DNA of 64,000 nucleotides from an uncultured cyanobacterium (GTDB lineage Bacteria; Cyanobacteriota; Cyanobacteriia; Cyanobacteriales; CAWCAG01): NCBI GenBank assembly GCA_963803805.1, contig CAWDOD010000007.1, positions 211,717 to 275,716 of the forward strand, read 5' to 3'. Shown piece by piece: positions 60,501 to 64,000 of this stretch (position 1 is its first letter; each line of letters starts with the position of its first letter). The notes under the pieces were generated by a model. It saw only the letters and a program-made list of their open reading frames with translations, ran no database searches and was not told where the DNA came from. The position numbers and the translations under genes were made by a program.

Positions 60501-63015
60501 CTTCTATATGTAAAGTGAAAGTCAAATCATAATCAGTTTCCCAACTTTCCTCTCTCAGTAAATCTAGCCCAATATTAAGATATTTAACCGCAGGTTCATA
60601 AGCTGTAGCAACTTTAGCTTTTTTACCAGCCTTTAAATTTAATCTGGCTATCTCCATGGCTTTTTCTTCTTTAATTAAGCTCAAGCCCTCATTATATTGA
60701 TTGACAATATCAAAAATATTTTCTTCTAGCTCTTCTACTTGAGTATTGTCTAACAGTAAATCAGCAATTTGGATATGAATCTTCTGTTGTCTTTTTTGAG
60801 GTGCAATTAAGGCATAGGCTGCTTGTTGAACGCGGTCATGTTGAAACTTAAAAACTACTCTTTCAAATTGATTGAGATTAAGCTGAGCCTCTTTTTTTGC
60901 TCCAGATAATTCTGTATCAATTAATTTGTACTGTTCATTTAAAGGAACAACCAATCCCTCTTGTAGCGCCTGCCATAGATCAGCTAAGATTGATTGAGAA
61001 GTAGCTGTTTGAACCTGATACAGCTTTTGATAAAGCTGAGTTAATAAAGAAAGCTTAAAGCTATTACCAATACAAGCTGCTAACTGCAATACAGTTTGAG
61101 TCTCTGTATCTAAATGGCAAATTTTATCTGCCATTAACTCTACTACATTATCAGTAATATTCTGAGCTTGAATTTGACTAATATTCCATTGCCAGCCACC
61201 TTTACTTTGTCCTGTCACCAATAAAGAAATACTCGGAAATTCAAATACCAATAAACCAGACTCATAAAGAGATTTTAAAAATTCTTTGGTGAAAAAAGCG
61301 TTACCTTGGGTCTTGGCATAAACTAAATCAGCTAAGGACTGACTATAATCTGGAAGACAATTTAATGCTTCTGTTAACAAGGTGTTAACATCTGTTTTAG
61401 TAAGATTTTTGAGAGGAATATGAGAGATGATGCCACTTTCAGCCTTAATTGACTCTAAAGCAATTTTTAGAGGGTGAGTAGCATCTACTTCGTTATCTCG
61501 ATAAGCTCCCACAATTAAAAGATAGCGGTAGCTTTTATCACTCGCTAAAAGCTTCAACAATTTCAAAGAAGCTGCATCTACCCATTGCAAATCATCTAAG
61601 AATAAAACCAGAGGATTTTCCGCTTGGCTAATAGCCTTGACAAAGTTTTGAAATACAAGATGGAAACGGTTTTGGGCTTCTTGGGGGCTGACTTGAGCTA
61701 AGGGAGGTTGCTGACCAATAATCAAAGCTAATTCAGGAATTACTTCGATTAAAACTTGACCATTTTTGCCCAGGGCTGTGAGAATTTTTTCTCGCCAAAT
61801 TTTTAATGTTTCTGGACTCTCACTTAATAGTTGATTACAAAATTCATTGAAAGCTTGGGAAATTGCAAAGTAAGGTATATTCCCTTGATATTGTTCATAC
61901 TTCCCAGCAATAAAAATACCTCTTTTTGCTGTAATAGGTTTGTGAATTTCATTAACCAAAACCGATTTACCCACCCCAGAATAACCAGCAACCATAATCA
62001 TTTCTACTCCTCCAGTAGAAAGGTGATCTGAGGGAATTCCTTTGCTTGTGCGCTCAAAAGCTGCCAACAGGGTATCTATTTCTGCCTCTCTACCATATAA
62101 CTTTTGAGGAATTTGAAACTTATCAGAAATATCTCGCTGGGCTAGGGGAAAATATTCAATCTTCCCAGTCTTTTCTAATTGCTGCAAACATTTGTCTAAA
62201 TCGGCTTTTAAACCATAGGCAGATTGATATCTTTCTTCAGCATTTTTAGCCATAAGTTTCATGATTAGTTCAGAAACTGTTTCCGGTATTTCTAGAGAAG
62301 TTGAATTTAATTTCTCCACAATATGATGAGGAGAAAGAGGTTTTTTAGCTATATGGGCGTGGACTACTTCAATAGCTTCATCGCTAACGAAAGGCAATGT
62401 ACCTGTAAGTAGTTGGTAGAAGGTTACTCCCAAAGAATAAAAATCACTGCGATAATCCATAGAACGGTTCATTCGTCCTGTTTGCTCTGGGGAAATATAA
62501 GCAACAGTACCTTCTAAAACATTGGGATTGCGGAAAGTAGGATTCTCTCGCGATAGTAAAGTTGCAATACCAAAGTCAATAATTTTAACCTCCTCACTTT
62601 GAGGATTAAGCACAATGTTAGAGGGGTTAATATCTTTGTGAATAACGGAACAGCCATGAATTTGTCCCAAAATTCCTGTGATTTTGATGGCTAAGCGCAA
62701 AAACTCAGTGATTGTTAGGTTTCCTGCCAAACCTAACTGTTCTAAGGAATGACCCCCAAAATCCTCTAAAATCATTGCCCAGGTAGACTGATAGCTAACG
62801 AGTTCGTAAGCCTCCGCTACTCCAACAAGATTTAGGGATTGGAGCAGGTCATATCCCCTTTGAAACCAAGCGATTCGCTCTGGAGAAGGATAAGCATCTT
62901 TAAGCATTTTGACTACTACAGATTGCTCATCAATTTCCCGATAGCCACGGTAAATCTTAGAATGGGTGCTTTCAAACAGTTGCTCTTTGATTAGGTAACC
63001 GCCAATAGTCAACAT
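57595..63015 (-). CDS. Ser/Thr kinase - AAA(STAND-like) ATPase - helical repeats - GAF - class III adenylate cyclase
   Basis: HKDINPSN, DFG, YISPEQTG, GYSGVGKS, LFLDDLQWVD, FQHDRVQQ, GAF (SILCTPL..GIVYLEN), cyclase FSDIRSFT, VKYLGDG, DAFSDNVNLTARLE. Start taken at MLTIGG (63015). Confidence 0.93.
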   Translation of the reverse strand: MLTIGGYLIKEQLFESTHSKIYRGYREIDEQSVVVKMLKDAYPSPERIAWFQRGYDLLQSLNLVGVAEAYELVSYQSTWAMILEDFGGHSLEQLGLAGNLTITEFLRLAIKITGILGQIHGCSVIHKDINPSNIVLNPQSEEVKIIDFGIATLLSRENPTFRNPNVLEGTVAYISPEQTGRMNRSMDYRSDFYSLGVTFYQLLTGTLPFVSDEAIEVVHAHIAKKPLSPHHIVEKLNSTSLEIPETVSELIMKLMAKNAEERYQSAYGLKADLDKCLQQLEKTGKIEYFPLAQRDISDKFQIPQKLYGREAEIDTLLAAFERTSKGIPSDHLSTGGVEMIMVAGYSGVGKSVLVNEIHKPITAKRGIFIAGKYEQYQGNIPYFAISQAFNEFCNQLLSESPETLKIWREKILTALGKNGQVLIEVIPELALIIGQQPPLAQVSPQEAQNRFHLVFQNFVKAISQAENPLVLFLDDLQWVDAASLKLLKLLASDKSYRYLLIVGAYRDNEVDATHPLKIALESIKAESGIISHIPLKNLTKTDVNTLLTEALNCLPDYSQSLADLVYAKTQGNAFFTKEFLKSLYESGLLVFEFPSISLLVTGQSKGGWQWNISQIQAQNITDNVVELMADKICHLDTETQTVLQLAACIGNSFKLSLLTQLYQKLYQVQTATSQSILADLWQALQEGLVVPLNEQYKLIDTELSGAKKEAQLNLNQFERVVFKFQHDRVQQAAYALIAPQKRQQKIHIQIADLLLDNTQVEELEENIFDIVNQYNEGLSLIKEEKAMEIARLNLKAGKKAKVATAYEPAVKYLNIGLDLLREESWETDYDLTFTLHIEAIEAEYLNTNFDQAKFLTDIVLSNANTVLEKVKVYENQILFYIAQNQQQTAIHIGLQVLQMLGVSLYHSPPQNLDIEKLASLPTMEDRDKLAAMRILMTIAVPAYIANPTMLPQILFTMIDLCINYGNSPLAPVAYAFYGSLLCTMLSDIETGYQFGHLALQVLEKFATKEIKCKVDYLFNSFIFHWKESAASAIEPLRETIQVGLETGDIEFACYGAVEYCSNLLLLGQPLDYISQQHQQYIDLIQKNKQEYSLAYVKIWSQLVESLRGNSQNYQQLVGEIFDEVTMLPTLLQTNNLNLVFQVYLAKTILSYLFKDYSAAVTHASLGGNYEPSVVGLLNVAQHNFYYSLALLANCHDKDKNRNEQYLRKVVANQQKMEIWANHAPMNFLHKYELVEAEKARVLEQHWQAAELYESAIKNARQSGYIQDEALAYELAAEFYLSRSMTEVGQLYMTKAHYGYQHWQATAKVKDLEQKYPQLFSSTPIVSVNLKNKSTIATTDPSKVIDLTSVLKASQALGSEIVLDKLLSRMMKIVIENAGADKGFLLLNKSDAWVIEAMGTIGEEKVTIEQLPLEDAQQQSRLPKTIINYVNHTRKNLVIGDAVRVGAFTQDPYILSHKPKSILCTPLLNQGTLVGIVYLENSLIAEAFTPERSELLNLLSSQAAISIENARSYSRQVELTDSYSRFVPAEYLEFLQKQSITQVNLGDHVSKEMAVMFSDIRSFTAISENMTPQENFDFVNHYLKEVSPKIRDNGGFIVKYLGDGMMAVFPSGADDALAAGIAKLQQVETYNRQRQENNQAPIKVGVGIHVGHMMVGMVGETARMQGDAFSDNVNLTARLESLTKFYGVSLVISETTKERLSNPQQYQIRFLDKVILKGKKNPIAIFEVLDGNNQEDIAAKLATQADFEKGLECYRLGAVAEAEGYFKQVLASNPDDSVSQLYLERVEELKKEGVPKNWDGVWSLKRK

Positions 63016-63513
63016 TCTTACTCTGACTTTGCTTTTTATGGTTGTCTTTGCATTCTTGACACGTCGAACACATCGGCCGTGATGCACCCAATACAAATAC
63101 AGCCTTGCTATCAAGATTTCAGGATTTCCTGCTTAGATTCTTATGTAAATGCCTCTGGTAAAACCAGGTCATCTTTATCCGAATTTTCACCCTGCTATAA
63201 TTAATAGATTATCACTTAAATTAATAATAGTTAGTACTAATACTTACCAGGATATTTCATGTCATCATCGAAACAGTATTTACGCTATTTGTAGACTCGT
63301 TAAATCCAGTACTTGTTGGTAGATGGTTACTGTTTTGCCAGTAGGTTAGTTGCTTTGGAGCTTTAAGCCATAGTAGTTAAACATCCCTGGAGATTCTGAG
63401 TTTATACATTTAACTAACAGCTATATTCTTGAGTTTTCTTAATTTCAATTATAGTCTGAAGCTTTCTCTTCTGCTTGGATAAATGAAAAATCACAAATAT
63501 CAGCGAACCGTTT

Positions 63514-63840
63514 CTACCAAGTTATTGCAAAGGTTTCAATAATGATCTTGACAACATCTGTAAGCTGCACGATGCCTTGAGTAATAGTTTCAGTTACTTT
63601 AGCATTACAGCTAGCCAAGAAATCTCCAGAAGCTATTTCGTTTTGAAAAAATTTATTCATTAACTCAATATTGTCTTTGATGCTTTCAGAACCGATAGAT
63701 TTAACAATAGAAGTAGTTAAAGGAGAATCCTTAATATCGTAAAAGAATTGCTGATTCTACCTTCTTCTAACAAATTCAAAACCTTAGTTCAATATCATCA
63801 TTGCAAAGGGTTATTTTTAGGATAGGCATAAAAGTTACCT
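63514..63840 (-). pseudogene. Frameshifted 3' fragment of a hypothetical protein near the window end
   Basis: Readable pieces ...NDDIE / KVLNLLEEGR / YDIKDSPLTTSIVKSIG...FFQNEI...FLASCN...ITQGIVQL...TW*. Confidence 0.4.
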
Positions 63841-63869
63841 AACGGCTAAAATCTGCCGTCTCCTGGTCG

Positions 63870-64000
63870 CTCTCCAACAAGACGAACGAACGGTGGTGCA
63901 AAAAAAAACTCTCTCTCTCTCTCTCTTCTTCTTCTTCTTCTTCTTCTTCTTCTTCTTCTTCTTCTTCTTCTTCTTCTTCTTCTTCTTCTCTAAAAAAAAA
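63870..64000. other. Low-complexity / adapter-like tail, probable sequencing artefact
   Basis: CTCTCCAACAAGACGAACGAACGGTGGTGC, then an A-run, (CT)n, (CTT)n and an A-run. Confidence 0.75.

Noticed and set aside
2636-62249. Numerous short ORF-track entries overlapping long genes (antisense or alternate frame)
   Set aside because: Shadow ORFs of well-supported CDSs with no independent motifs.
63499-63511. ATCAGCGAACCGT matching the IS1634 terminal repeat
   Set aside because: Only 13 bp, lacks the terminal GAG and has no partner end; plausible by chance.

Overview
Cyanobacterial chromosomal DNA (AT-rich, frequent HIP1 GCGATCGC octamers, cyanobacterial genes such as gifA, flv3, hhoA, COP23 and xisI). 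A housekeeping backbone (recQ, ribBA, argC, murG, ybaK, dusB, lexA, argF, cysH, gltS, gifA, rsmB, flv3, sbcC, hhoA, desC) is interleaved with accessory blocks. (1) An Abi_C pseudogene next to a DUF2441-like, possibly ADP-ribosyltransferase gene at 0.2-1.2 kb. (2) Two tandem, mosaic beta-helix/RTX genes with their own PPIase-HlyB-HlyD type I secretion genes at 13-22 kb. (3) An intact IS1634 with TIRs and a 6-bp TSD just upstream of rsmB. (4) A candidate conflict/defence island at 42-51 kb: a Trypco1-like adaptor, a PD-(D/E)xK nuclease gene and a trypsin-NACHT-HEAT protein, followed by decayed TA/xisHI/HEPN modules, an IS5-family element and a UDG-like gene. (5) A TetR fused to a catalytically dead tyrosine-recombinase domain, divergent from a desaturase and with visible palindromic operators. 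(6) A PA-IL-like lectin and a kinase-AAA-GAF-adenylate cyclase. Five genes carry single-base frameshifts and the last about 130 bp is low-complexity/adapter-like, so long-read assembly errors are likely. No rRNA, tRNA or CRISPR array was seen. All family calls come from motif recognition by eye, not from database searches.
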